DNA from: Chiloscyllium plagiosum
Taxonomy: Eukaryota
Direction: 5' to 3'
DNA length: 64,000 nt
Assembly (NCBI RefSeq): GCF_004010195.1
Contig: NC_057749.1
Coordinates: 5,807,339-5,871,338 of the forward strand
The notes beneath the pieces were generated by a model, which saw only the letters and a list, made by a program, of their open reading frames with translations, ran no database searches and was not told the origin of the DNA. How positions within the stretch are numbered: position 1 is the stretch's first letter; every line of letters starts with the position of its first letter. The translations under genes were made by a program, and so were the position numbers. Shown here piece by piece: positions 1 through 12,527 of this stretch.

Positions 1-1608
1 ACTATTCTTGGAGACACTGATGACATGAAGATCAAAGCCAAAGACTTGGCAATCTTTTCCCTGGCTTCCTAGAGAAACCGAGGATAAATCTCATCCAGCC
101 CAGGGGATTTATCTATTTTCACACTTCGCAGAGTTTTGAACACCTCCTGCTTGTGAACCTCAATCCCATTTCGTCTAGTAGTCTGTTTCTCAGTATTCTC
201 CTCAACAACATTGTCTTTTTCCAGTTTTTTTCATTGAGCACTTCCCGTTTCTCCTCTGATTCCACACACAACTTCCCACTGCTGTTTTTGATTGGCCCTG
301 ATATTAATCTAGTCATTTTATTATCCCTTATATACCTATAGAAAGCCTTCAGGTTTTCCCTGAACCTATCTATCAACAACCTCTCATGTCCCCTCCTCAC
401 TTGTCATAGCTCTCTCTTTAGGTCTTTCCTGGCTACCTTATAACTCACAATTGCCCTAACTGAGCCTTCACATCTTATCCTAATGTAAATCTTCTTCTTC
501 CTCTTGACAAGAGATTCAACTTCCTTCATAAACCAAGGCTCCTGTGCTCGACAACTTCCTCCCTGCCTGACAGTTACATACTTAGCAGGGACACGCAGTA
601 GCTGTTCCTTGAATAAACGCGGCACGGTGGCACAGTGGTTCTCACCGCGCCACAGACCTGGGTTCAATTCCTGCCTCAGGCAACTGTCTGCGTAGAGTTT
701 ACACATTCTCCTTGTGTCTGTGTGGGTGTGCTTTGGTTTCCTCCCAAAATCCAAAAATGTGCAGGCTAGGTGAATTGGCCATGTTAAATTGCCTGTAGTG
801 TTAGGTGTAGGGGAATGGGTCTGGGTGGGTTGCTCTTCAGATGGTCGGTGTGGACTTGTTGGGCCGAAGGGCCTGTTTCCACACTGTAAGTAATCTAATT
901 TCTATTGAGCCGTTTCCTTCCCCATCCTATGCATCCTAAATCTTGTCTAATCACATTGTAATTGTCTTTCCCCCAGCTGTAACTCTTGCCCTCAGGTGTA
1001 TACCTATCCCTTTCCATTGCTAAAGTAAACAAAGTGAATTATGGTCACTATCAGCAAAATGCTCACCTACCTCCATATCTAATACCTGGCCAGGTTCATT
1101 TCCTAGTACCAGATCCAATGTGGCCTTCCCCTTGGTTGGCCTATATACATACTGGACAAAAACTGACCCAACTAAAGTACTTGAACTATAGTATTCCCAG
1201 TCAATATTTGGGAAGTTGAAGGCCCCCATAACAACTACACTGTCATTCTTGCTCCTATCGAGAATCATCTTTGTTATCCTTTCCTCTAAATCTCTGGAAC
1301 TATTCAGACGCCTATAGAAAATTCCCAGCAGGGTGATCTCTCTTTTCCTGTTTCTAATCTCAGTCCATATTACCTCAGTTAATGAGTCCTCAAACATCCT
1401 TGTTGCAGCTATCATACTGTCCTTGACTAACAATGCCACACCCCCATCTCTTTTACCATCTTCTCTGTTCTTACTGCAGCATCTAAATCCTGGAACATGC
1501 AAGAACCATTCCTGTCCCTGCTCTACCCATGTCTCTGAAATGGCCACAACATTGAAATCCCAGGTACCGACCCATGCTGCAAGTTCAAAGACCTTATTCT
1601 GGATTGTT
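1..1608 (-). mobile_element. CR1/HER1-type LINE, degenerate ORF2 APE-endonuclease region, interrupted by a SINE at about 617-900
   Basis: ORF 1020-1547 reads AISETW...GGVALLVK...GIFYR...MGAFNFPNIDW...TLDLVLGN...SDHN. ORF 119-400 reads KAFYRYI..K...GPIK. Confidence 0.9.
617..900 (+). mobile_element. HE1-like tRNA-derived V-SINE
   Basis: GGCACGGTGGCACAGTGGTT head, GGTTCAATTCC B-box, V-domain and TAATCTAAT tail. Confidence 0.9.
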
Positions 1609-1965
1609 GAAGAAAACTCTCAGACTCAGACCTTGCGAACTGATTAGTTTATTACATGATATGTCATGGGGAATTCTCCGTCCTAACTGTGGCTCGGTGT
1701 TATTCCAAAGTACATCAGGATACTACAGGATTATATAGAGAAAACAGCTNNNNNNNNNNNNNNNNNNNNNNNNNNNNNNNNNNNNNNNNNNNNNNNAAAG
1801 GGAGGAGACACTATCTTGAGAAGGAAGATAAGGACAACCTTTCATATTACCTCATAGTAAGGAATGCATAGCCAGCAAAGTTCTGGCTGGGGACACAAAA
1901 TGAAACTCTCAGCCGAATCAGGAAAATGGCTTCCAGACAAATAATGTTAACTTTTCCCCAATATG

Positions 1966-2467
1966 AATGTTCCTGGCATTGAACTAGACACACTTCAAAC
2001 CAACATTTTGCTTGCCGATGCCCTCGTGCAACCCTGAAACCTTATTTCTGACATCCCTACTCTCAGCCTTCTCTATACTCAAACTACAATTTATATGCCA
2101 TCCCCCTGCTGAATTAGTTTAAACCCACCTGAAGAGCATCAGCAAATATCCCCCCCAGGATATTGGTACCCCTCTGGTTCAGGTGAAGACCATCCTATTT
2201 GTAGAGGTCCCACCTACCGCAAAAAAACCCCAATTATCCAGGAATCCAAAGCTTCCTCCCTGCACTGTCCCTGTAGCCTCTCTCTCCCTATTCCTCACCT
2301 CACTAGCACATGGCACGGGCAACAAACCAGAGATAACAACTCTGTTTTTTCTAGCTCCAAGCTTCCACTCTAGCTCCCTGAAATTCTGCACTAAATCCCC
2401 ATCTCTCTTCCTACCTATGTCATTACTGCCTATGTGGACCAAGACTTGGGACTGCTCCCCCTCCCTC
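1966..2467 (-). mobile_element. CR1 LINE ORF1 (SGNH esterase-like) fragment and inter-ORF region
   Basis: The peptide VHIGSNDIGRKRD...RVVISGLLPVP is typical of CR1 ORF1. Confidence 0.85.
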
Positions 2468-2903
2468 TTTGGTCCAACCAGTCCATGCCAAAATAATCTC
2501 TAACTAAACTAGTCACACCTGCCTGCTCCTGGCTCGTCTCCCTCCAAACCTTTCCAAATCATGTACTTATCAAAGTGTCATTTAAAGGTTATAGCTGTAT
2601 CCAGATCCATCATTTCCTCAAGAACTTCATTCCACAAGCAAACTACCCTCTGTGTAAACAATTTGCCCCTCATATCTTTTTATAAATCTCTCTCCTCTCA
2701 CCCTAAAAAAAACTCTTGAAATTCCCCATCCTAGAGGAAAAGCACCTACCATTAACTCTATCTATACACCTCATGATTTTATTAACATCAGTAAGGTCAC
2801 CTCTCAGCCTCCTATGCTCCAGTGAAAAAGTCCGAGCTTATCCAGCCTTCCTTTATGACTCAAACCTTCCCTACCCGGCAGAATCATGGTAAATCTTTTC
2901 TGA
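2468..2903 (-). mobile_element. CR1/HER1 LINE 3' end fragment
   Basis: Similar to the other CR1 3' ends in the window (e.g. 55718-56200). Confidence 0.8.
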
Positions 2904-3591
2904 GGCAGGTACCTCAGTCAGAATTGGAATGCTGTTGGTCTTTTTCTGAACCTTACACTAGTTGATTAGCTAAATGATTTAACCCATTCCCCCTTAGCAG
3001 GGTAATAAGCACAAAATATTGTGTAAGTTTAAGTGCAAACTATGGTGAGTGTGAATCACAAATCTTTTGGCTATTTTCTAAGTCTTAGTATTACAAGCCA
3101 GCCATACCCACAAATATGCACATATTTCCAGGATGAAATACTCAACATTTCAGCATTTCTGCTAATTATGCTCATTTGCAGACCATCATTGGAGTGTTAC
3201 AAGTTAAGCTTATTTTGAGTACAAGCATCTCGATAGGCTCCTTTCAAAAACATATTCAAATTTCTTTCTTAAATTAGGCAAGCTGCTGGACTTCAAAAGG
3301 TTCAGTATAGGTTTTCTAAAAAAAAGTTATTGCTAGTTATTTCAAATCAGCTTACTTTGATGGCATAGACTGACACTGTGATTAAAATTGCTTATTTTTT
3401 GTCATAAACTTGTGATAAATCTATTTGCAGATGTGTTAGTCAAACTGCATCACATTACTGCAACTAAATTTATAACAAGATATATTTTTAAAGCAATTAA
3501 AAAGATACACACAAGTGTGGTAAATGTTTGGTACTCTCTTCTATAATGGTAATGAACGCAGGATCTGTTGTTCATTTTAAATCTGAAATAA

Positions 3592-4451
3592 TGAAATAAA
3601 TGCACAGAGGCTTGCATCTCATCACTAAGTCACTCTTTATGTCAATGTACACAGTGCATGTACTCTGACCAGCCAGCTCAAATCCATCCTAGACTGAGAG
3701 GCTTTCTCAATCTCCTGTTTATTTTTTTTAATTCCTCCACACTACCGCCCAACTGCAGTAGTGCTTATATTTTCCCCAGCACCCATGTTGTATTTGTGCA
3801 GGTGTGTGACGCAGTGAAAGACACAAGGTGTACAAATCTTTATTCAATTTCCACCACCAAGAAGAAAGAAAACACCCAAGTGGCCAGTGACAAGCAGTGC
3901 CTTTCTCAGAGGGCAATGCTGTGTGATCAAACAGTGAAGGGGAGGGCAGGGATTAAATCAAAATAGAGTTGGAAGGGGAATCTTTTGTTTATTTATTTAT
4001 TTTTCTTATTATTTTAAGTGGCCAGTGACAAGCACTGTCCTTCGCATCAAAGGGCAATGCTGTGTGAATCTCCTGGTTATATTTTTTTTTCCCCACACTA
4101 CCGCCTAACTGCGGTAGTGCTTATTTTTTCCCCAGCACCCATGGTGTGTGTGTGCAGGTGTGAGACACAGTGAGAGACACAAAGTGCACAAATCTTTATT
4201 CAATTTCCACCACCAGGAAGATAGGAAAACACCCGAGTGGCCAGTGACAAGCACTGCCATTCACATCAAAGGGCAGTGCTGTGTGATCAAAACAGTGAAG
4301 GGGAGGGCAGGGATTAAATCAAAATAGAGTTGGAGGGGGAATCTTCTGTTTATATCTGTCAGCCAGGCACCCTGATTGGCCCAGGCTAACAACCCCAATC
4401 AAGGATCTCATAGTCAATGAGATCCACCTGAACCTGAATTCAATCACTATA
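3592..4451 (-). mobile_element. Solo LTR interrupted at its TATA box by stacked retroposon insertions
   Basis: The minus strand shows a CCAAT box (GGCCAATC), GATATAAACAG and a terminal ...TTATTTCA. The right part is homologous to 50985-51086, 59624-59708 and 60268-60420. Confidence 0.65.
3723..4339 (-). mobile_element. Three tandem insertions (3723-3978, 3993-4066, 4081-4339) of a short poly(A)-tailed retroposon, possibly the 3' end of a Tx1-like non-LTR element
   Basis: Each copy is bounded by a roughly 14-bp repeat AATCTCCTGTTTAT (3709, 3979, 4067, 4340). The two long copies have a minus-strand AATAAA, a terminal hairpin CACTACCGC-ctaact-GCGGTAGTG and an A-rich tail. Confidence 0.7.
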
Positions 4452-5149
4452 GATAGATTATTTTGTTAAGCAAAGGAATTGATCAATGGCAGGTATATAG
4501 AGTTAGGCCACAGGTCAGCCATAATCTCATTGAATGACAGAACAGGCCCAAGGGGCTGAATGGCCTATTCTGCTCCTATGACTTGATTGCGCTTGTTCAG
4601 GGACAGATTTTGTTTTGCAGTTTAGTAATAAGCAAAGAAATTCAAAACCTCGCAAACCAAGAGTGTATTTTGGCCCGATCTTAGCAAGATAGCTGATTGG
4701 AGCCAAAGCTGAAATTCTACATCCAAGTGTTAAGAGTGCCTCTTATTAATGACGTAAACCTCTTTTTAAGCGGTGAGATTCAGCCGATAGTCCATCCTTG
4801 ATGAAGCTGTGAGATCTTTTCTTGACTCGTCTTTCTTCTTCCATTGTCTTATATCATCCTGCTTTCATGAGGTCGACACATTTTACAACTTGCTTTGTTG
4901 ACATATGCTGAAGCATTTATTTTGTTAATATTTTGCATTCTGAAAACCTCTCTCAGTATTTGAAGAATTTGGGGAAAGTGTTGGTGTAGTGTTAATGATC
5001 CAGAGGCTCTGGTAATGCTCCAGGGACATGGTTTTGAAACTCACTTGCAATCTATTGGAACTTGAAATGAAACTCACAATCCATGATTGCTATAAAAACC
5101 ACATCTGGTTCATGAACGTTTTGACAATCATACATGAGATCTTTTCAGA

Positions 5150-5478
5150 ATCATAGAATTCCTACAGTGTGGGAGAAAACCATTCGGTCCATCAAGTCCA
5201 CACTAATCCTGTGAAGAGCATCCACCCACACCCATCCCTCTACCCTATCCCTGTAACTCTGTATACCCAAATGCTAAGCCATGTAGCCTGCACATCCCTG
5301 GACATCCTTGGGCAATTTAGCATGGCCAATCCACCTAACCTGCATCCAGTGGAAACCCATGCAGACATAGGGAGAATGTGTAAAGTTCAAACAGATAGTT
5401 GCCTGAGGGTGGAATCAAACTTAGGTCTCTGCTGCTGTGGGGCGGCAATGCTTACCACTGAGCCACCATGCCACCCCA
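5150..5478 (-). mobile_element. HE1-like SINE
   Basis: Reverse-complement head (...ACCACTGAGCCACCATGCCACCCC) and V-domain. Confidence 0.85.
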
Positions 5479-5684
5479 TGGATGGGGGTCTGGAATGCAC
5501 TGCCCAGGAGGGTAGTTGAGGTTGGGAAACTCACAACCTTTTGAAAAGTACTTGGATGAGCACTTGAAATATCATAATCTTCAAGACTAACAAGCCATTT
5601 GGTTCAACAAGTCCACACCTCCAAAGAATAACCCACCCAGACACATTCTCCTACCCTATCACTTTACATTTACCTTTAACTAAC

Positions 5685-5720
5685 ATTCCTGAAGAAGGGC
5701 TTATGCCCGAAACGTCGATT
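5685..5720 (+). ncRNA. Minimal type-I hammerhead ribozyme motif (Penelope-associated)
   Basis: CTGAAGA-A-GGGC-TTAT-GCCC-GAA-ACGT-C: both core boxes, a 4-bp stem II, a palindromic ACGT in place of stem III, and a GUC cleavage triplet. Confidence 0.7.
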
Positions 5721-5777
5721 CTCCTGTTCCCTGGATGCTGCCTGACCTGCTGCGCTTTTCCAGCAACACATTTTCAG
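5686..5777 (+). mobile_element. Penelope-like terminal fragment (family A)
   Basis: 12-bp TSD CTTTAACTAACA (5674-5685 / 5778-5789). Same sequence as the 3' end of the RT-bearing copy at 19798-20846. Confidence 0.85.
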
Positions 5778-6397
5778 CTTTAACTAACACACCTAACCTA
5801 CACAACCCTGAACACTATGGGCAATTTAGCATAGCCAATTCACCTGACTTGCACATCTTTAAAGTGTGGGAGGAAGCCGGTGCACTCGGAGGAAATGCGC
5901 ACGGACACGGAAGAATGGACAAAGTTCACACAGATGGTCATCCAAAGCTGGGATTGAACCAGGGTCCCTGGTGCAGGGAGGCAGCAGTGCTAACCACTGA
6001 ACCACCATGCCACCCCATAAGTGGTGGAGACTGATACAATTACAGTATTTAAAAAAACATCTGGATGAGTTTATAATAGGAAGGGTTCAGAAGAATATGG
6101 GCCAGGTGCTGGTAAATGGGAATACTTCAGAATATCTGTTTCCCTGCTGTACATATCTATGACTCTATGACTATGGGCCATGTGTTATAAAGTGGGACTA
6201 GTGTAGATTTGGCGATACAGACTTGGTGGACCAAAGGACCTCTGCTGCCCTGTATGATTCTATTATTTCATACTCAAGGGGAGCAATGGTCCTCAAGGGG
6301 AGCAATGGTGTATTGGTAGTGTCACTAGGTTAGTAATCCAGAACCCCAGTCTGGTGTTCTGGAGACATAGATTCAAATCCCATCATAGGAAAGTTTG

Positions 6398-6712
6398 TGG
6401 GCGGCACGGTGGCACAGTGGTCAGCACTGCTGCCTCACAGCACCAGAGACCGGGGTTCAATTCCCACCTTAGGCGACTCTCTGTGTGGAGTTTGCACATT
6501 GTCCCCGTGTCTGTGTGGGTTTCCTCCAGGTGCTCTGGTTTCCTCCCACAATCCAAAAATGTGCAGGTTAGGTGAATTGGCCATGCTAAATTACCCGTAG
6601 TGTTAGGTGAAGGGGTAAATGTAGGAGAATGGGTCTGGGTGGGTTATGCTTCGGTGGGCCGGTGTGGACTTGTTGGGCCGAAGGGCCTGTTTCCACACTG
6701 TAAGTAATCTAA
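6398..6712 (+). mobile_element. HE1-like SINE, full length
   Basis: A/B boxes, V-domain and TAATCTAA tail. Confidence 0.92.
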
Positions 6713-6851
6713 ACTTTTATGAAATATTTCTTACAACATTTAAGGCCTTTATCACCTGCAAACCTTCCAGCTTTTTAAATCTTCCTGCTATTTCTCAAAA
6801 TATATTTCTCCAAACCAAATACTTTTATACTTCAACTTTCATTGACCTTTT

Positions 6852-6957
6852 CAGAAACAAAAACAGAAATTGCTGGAAAAGTTCGGCAGGTCTGGCAGCA
6901 TCTGTGGAGAGAAATCAGAGTTAATGTTTTGGGTCCAGTGACTCTTCCTCAGAACTG
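6852..6957 (-). mobile_element. Penelope-like terminal fragment (family B), degenerate hammerhead
   Basis: The minus strand reads CTGAGGA-AGAGTC-ACTG-GACCC-AAAACATTAAC. Homologous to 29930-30115, 38695-38825 and 54520-54620. Confidence 0.6.
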
Positions 6958-7390
6958 ATGTTGCCTGGCCTGAAGCAAAGGTCTTATGAAGAAAGGCTGA
7001 GGGACTTGGGTCTGTTCTCATTGGAGAGAAGGCTGAGAGGCAATTTAATTTACAAGATGATCAGAGGATTAGAAAGGGTGGAGTGAGAGTCTTTTTTGTA
7101 GGATGATGACACCTGCTTGTACGAGGGAGCATAGCTGCAAATTGTGAGGTGATAGATTTATGGCAGATGTTAGAGGCAGGTTCTTCACTCAGAGAGTGGT
7201 AAGGGCGTGGAATGCCCTGCCTCCAATGTAGTTAACTCAGCCACAATAGGGGCATTTAAACAGTCCTTGGATAAGCATATGGATGATAATGGGATAGTCT
7301 AGGGTGATGGGCTTAGATTAGTTCACAGGCTGGCGCGACATCAAGGGCTGAAAGGCCTGTTCTGTGCTGTATTGTTCTATGTTCTATGTT
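6957..7390 (+). mobile_element. CR1 LINE 3' end
   Basis: Encodes YEERLRDLGLFSLERR...-like sequence and ends in a (TGTTCTA)n tail. Confidence 0.85.
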
Positions 7391-8786
7391 CGATATTACA
7401 TTGACTGCAATCTTTCCTCATTCCATCACAAGGGGCTTAAGGACAGCAAGCTAATTGTCAGAATAATTCAAGACAAACACTGCTGTCCCGATGTTCCTGG
7501 TAATGTACAGATTGTATTTATTATTGATTTAACGAAAAGAAGGTGTAAGGACAGTTCATGTAAACAAAACAAAATTGACGCAGTCAGTTGGGCCAAATGA
7601 CCTGCTTCTTCTCTGTTCTATGATTGCATGTAGACAGCACTTCTCCAGTATCTATTTTGTTCAAGTGACATTCTTTTGTTCATTATTTTAATACAGGAAT
7701 TAATTGTTTCTCTTAAATGGGTTGATGCTGCCTTTAAAACAGGAGACAAAAGAATGTCATATGATCCCCGAACATGACTGGTAGTAATTTCTAGGCTAAA
7801 ATGTCACAGTAATGCATAAAACGATGAGGTGAATTTCAAATCCAGGCTTGGGTATGCAGACCTGTTTGGGAATAACAAATACAGTAATTTAATGCTCTTT
7901 TTGAAGTATTATTAATGACATAAAGCTTATTAATGTATAAGTATTATTAAGTGGTCACTTAGTGGCATAGAACTATTGGGAAAAAATACTTTTGCTGAAG
8001 CTTTTTTGACTTGTACTGTTGACAAGAGGATTCTGATTGGTAGAGGTGTTGCCATGGAACTTGCATCAGTTGCACCAATCAGCACTCCCTTCCCATACTG
8101 TTTCAATGTTGTTTTTCCTTAACATTAGCGTTTCTTGAAAATTGTCCTGATGAGTGCTAGATGAAAAGCTTCCACAAAGAAGCATATTTTTTCTCAGTGA
8201 TATAAATGATTTCAAATCATAGTAGTCAGATGTTTGCAAGAAACACAAAAATCTTGATGAATCTCTTTTGAGGAATCAGCTTATCAAAAGCAGAAGATAG
8301 CTGAAAGAGCACCACAACATCTGAGAAATAAAAACATTCCAATAAATCTGACTGTTGTTGCAAGAAATCCAAATGAGACCATCATAATTAGTATCAGGAG
8401 CAGTGAGAATACTTTTCTTATCATCCTCAAGAGTATTAGAAAAGTAGTGATCATGATGAATAGATTCATGCTACAAAAGTCAATATAACTAGGACAGTTA
8501 TCAGGCCCCATCACTTTATACAATTAAACTCCGAGAAAAAATATTTTTGTTGTTGGGCAAAGGCTAAATGATAGAAGCATATCATAACTTTGGATGATAT
8601 GAGTTATTGAATTATGAAAGAATTATTTCATAAATTAACATGTTGTCTTCTAACAGTATAATGGAGAGTTCATTCTTGCAACTTATTCCAGTTATTAGAA
8701 CGAGCGTTGCAACAACCTGTAAATATTCGTGAAGGACTGAAATACAATCTCAAACCGTGGGAGCCAGCAGGTGACTTTTAAAAAAA

Positions 8787-8997
8787 CATTCTCCCCGTGT
8801 CTGTGTGAGTTTCCTCCGGGTGCTCCGGTTTCCTCCCACAGTCCAAAGATGTGCAGGTTAGGTGAATTGGCCATGCTAAATTGCCCGAAGTGTTAGGTAA
8901 GGGGTAAATGTAGGGGTCTGGGTGGGTTGCGCTTCGGCGGGGCGGTGTGGACTTGTTGGGTTGAAGGGCCTGTTTCCACACTGTAAGTAATAATCTA
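8787..8997 (+). mobile_element. HE1-like SINE, 5'-truncated
   Basis: V-domain plus tail. Confidence 0.88.
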
Positions 8998-9129
8998 AAT
9001 GTTCGATACCAGGCACATGTAGAAAATGTTGCACATGGTAAATGAGGAAGAGGTTTTATTGAACTCACAAGGCCAGTCATTCTTTTAATGGCTAGTCCAG
9101 ATTTTCCAATGGCTGAATAGCTGTTATTC

Positions 9130-9655
9130 TTTGGAATACTGCATTCATTTCTGGTCTCCCTGCTGTAGGCAAGATGCTATGAAACATGAAAGGGTTCAGA
9201 AAGGATTTACAAGTATGTTCTCTGGCTTGGAGAGCTTGAGCTGTAGTGAGAGGCTGAGTAGGCTGGGATTATTTTTCTTGGAGTTTCAGAGGCTGAGGGG
9301 TGACCTTATAGAGGTTGTAAAATCATGAGGGGCATGGAGCCGTGAATAGTCAAGGTCTTTTCCCCAGGGTAGGAGAGTCCAAAACTAGAGGGCATAGGTT
9401 TAAAGTGAGAGGAGAAAGATTTAAGAGGGCAACATTTTTATGCAAAGGATGGCGTGTGTATGCCAGAGGAAGTGATGGAGATTGGTACAATTATAATATT
9501 TAAAAGACATCCGGATGAGTACATGAATAGGGAGGGTTTGGAGGAATATGGGCCAAATGCTGGCAAATGGGACAAGATTAATGGAGAATATCTGTTCAGT
9601 ATGGACAACTTGAACCAAAGGGTTTGTTTCTATGCTGTACATCTCTGACTGTATG
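9130..9655 (+). mobile_element. CR1/HER1 LINE 3' fragment
   Basis: EYCIHFWSP...ERVQKGFT...LRGDLIEV peptide. Confidence 0.88.
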
Positions 9656-9919
9656 TGGAATCCCCACCACAGCAGAGTCTAAAGGAATTGACCAGGAAAT
9701 TCAAGGTTCCACCCGCCTGGAACCCTCTGAAAAAATTATCTTTCAAATTGGAGAATTTCGAGGACTCTAATGAAATTAAGGAAGTAGTTACTCAAGAAAA
9801 ATTAAACTATTAAGTCTACCTCTTGAGTAACTGTTTAACTGATGTTATACTTAGCTCACATACCCCAGACCACTTATAGAATATCTCGCAAGCTTTAAAA
9901 AGTACTTGGTTGAGCCCTT

Positions 9920-10012
9920 ATTGAGAATGTGGTGCTGGAAAAGCACGGTCGGTCAGGCAGCATCCGAGGAGCAGGAGAATCGATGTTTTGAGCGTCCGTT
10001 CTTCATCAGGAA
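9920..10012 (-). mobile_element. Penelope-like terminal fragment (family A, diverged)
   Basis: GCTGGAAAAGCAC...CTTCATCAGGAATG, with an imperfect TSD TGGTTGAGCCCTT / TGGCTGAGCACTT. Confidence 0.75.
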
Positions 10013-10427
10013 TGGCTGAGCACTTGGAATGTCATGACACAGAAGGCCATCACTCTAGCATGGGAAAGTAAGACTGAAGTAGGGGTAATAGTATATTTTT
10101 GGCAGTGCAGACTTGATGGATGAAGAGCCTCTTCTGTACTACATGATTCTATGATTCCATGACCCTGATTGAGCATATCTTAGGACTCAAAACCCCTGCC
10201 AATGGACATGCTCGCTCATTCTCCTGCTCCTTACCTGAACCACAGCCACACACTCATCTCCCCACAATACCCAAGCTCCTGAAACTCCAGCAGGACTATA
10301 CTCTACTGCTACCACTGAACCTGACTCCCTCCCCAGTGCTCGATCCAACACCAGACTTGACACCTATCCTCCCCATACCATACAAGGCTCAATCTCCAAC
10401 CCACACCAAATATTGCAACACCAACTT

Positions 10428-10724
10428 AGAATCATAGAAACCTTACAATGCAGAAAGATGCCCATCGAGTCTGCACCAATTCTCCAAAGAGCATCCCACC
10501 CATGCCCAGCTGTCCACCCAATTCCCATAAACCCACATTTCCCATGGGTAATCCACCTAGCCTGCACATCTTTGGACCGTGGGAGGAAACCGGAGCACCC
10601 AAAGGAAACCCACGCAGACAGAGGGAGAATGTGCAAACTTCACACAGACATTCACCCAGGGCTGGAATCAAACCTGGGTTCACTGCAGTTGTGAGGCAGC
10701 AGTGCTAACAACTGAGCCACCATG
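10428..10724 (-). mobile_element. HE1-like SINE
   Basis: V-domain and tRNA head on the minus strand. Confidence 0.88.
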
Positions 10725-11411
10725 CTGATTATACGGGCTTGCTGTGAAGTGATTAGCTGTTGTGCTTTCTAATTATGCATGTTACTCGAGTCTGAAATTC
10801 ACTGATCTTATAAGCCATATAATTGGCCTATGTGAAGGGACACTACCACTGCACAACAAGAGTCTTCCCTCTTAGCCTTTTACCTCAGATGTCAATACCA
10901 CCTGCTTATTGACATCTGTACTAATGGAAAAACTGTCTTTCCATCCATCCTATCCATGCCCTTCATATTCTTATAAACCTCTATCAGGACTCCCACCAAC
11001 CTTAGCTATTCCAAGGAAAACAACCCCAGTTTTTCCAATCTTTCTTCACAGCTCAGAGTCTCCAGCCAAGGAAACATCCTTACACACCCTCTCTCGTACA
11101 ATCACACCCTTTGCAAAACGTAGTGACCCAAACTGTATGCAGTACTCCAGTATAACTTCTGTGCCTCGACTGGTAAAGGCAGGTATCCCATGACCCTTCT
11201 TAACAACTCTATGTGCACAAGGAGCCACAAGGCTAAAGGTTTGATTGCTAAGAGTAGAAGTTCGGCACAACATCGTGGGCCAAAGGGCCTTTTCTGTGCT
11301 GTACATTTCTATGTTGTATGTTCTTCAGTGGCTGCTGCTCTGTTAAAACTCATCCATTATATTGTGATAATGCAACCTTTCAAAGCACCGATGACATAAC
11401 TCCCTTCCATG

Positions 11412-12011
11412 TGTGACAATGCTGCCCCTTTAACAAGGTTATTTTGTCCTGGTTTTATTTTTGAAGAGGGGTGGTAAAGGCAGAGGTGCTGAAATGTCTA
11501 AAAGTAGCTACGTTAAACAATGGCAGTGGAGTGGCCAGTTCTCCCAGTTCAGGTTTTTTTTCTAGTTTTGTTTCTTTTAGCAGGCAGTCAGGAACTGTTG
11601 GTAGCAGAGGAGCTGCTACTGTGAAAAAAGGTTCCATGCTTCAACAGACATTTCTTGCCTTGTTCTTCTCTCTGCAATCTCTGCTGCCTGTAAGAATCTG
11701 AGTTTGAATTTACCATTTGCCAAGGAGTGTGTTTTTGGGATGTTGCGAGTATTAGAGCAGCTCCTTTGTTAAGCTGCGATTTCGAGTCGGTTGGGTTTCC
11801 AAATAGCTAAGTTGTTCTAAATTCTGTTTTCTTTGATTCGTGTTTCAATCATAGTATGTGAATAAATTCTGTTTTGCTTAAAGCTGAGTGGTTTGACTAG
11901 CTGCATCCCTCCTGGAATATCCGCTGTACACCTGCCTTTAAAATAAGAATAAGTTAGGGTGTGGGCTACCTTCTAGAAGTGTTTTGAAGGGGTGTGGCTT
12001 TGTCCATAACA
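11412..12011 (+). mobile_element. Solo LTR (600 bp)
   Basis: TG...CA termini, 4-bp TSD CATG (11408-11411 / 12012-12015) and an internal AATAAA. The 3' half is homologous to about 14500-14799. Confidence 0.8.
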
Positions 12012-12527
12012 CATGGAAATTTTTTTAGTTAAGTGTTGGAGTGGGTGGTGGGAGGGAAGCAATTCTTATTGGATCAAATGGCAAAAGTTCTTTTTTGCCT
12101 GTTTTAAAAGGAAATGGTGACTTACAGAAACAGAATGAAAAGGAAAGTTCCATTTATATACCATGACTACATCTTTAAGAAAACGGGTCTCTCCATTTCA
12201 GACACTTCTGAGGGGAAACGCATTTCTCATGGGTCTGCGAAATTCTCTTCCCGGAGAGCCACGGAGGCCGAGTGATTGAATATTTTTAAGCACAGGAGGG
12301 TAGATTCTTGTCCAACAAGGGGCACAAAGCGGGGACACAGACAAGAAAATGGAGTTGAGGCCGCAGTCAGATTTTCTTGAACAGCAGAGTGAGCTTGAGG
12401 GGACAAATGACCTGCTCCATCTCGAACATTGTAACGTTCTTAGTTCATCGCTGCAAAAATGACTTAGACTATTTTGCAGAAGGAATATCAAACAAATTTC
12501 AACTCCAAGGCACTTAAAAAACAATGC

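Larger units (their letters stand above)
5596..6016 (-). mobile_element. HE1-like SINE interrupted by a Penelope-like fragment
   Basis: SINE sequence continues on both sides of 5686-5777. Confidence 0.8.

Noticed and set aside
3723..4339. Possible CRISPR-like array or simple satellite
   Set aside because: The context is eukaryotic, the units are homologous to each other and of unequal length, they carry A-tails, and the same unit occurs singly at 50753.
6273..6309. 18-bp tandem duplication CTCAAGGGGAGCAATGGT
   Set aside because: Ordinary slippage duplication with no evident significance.
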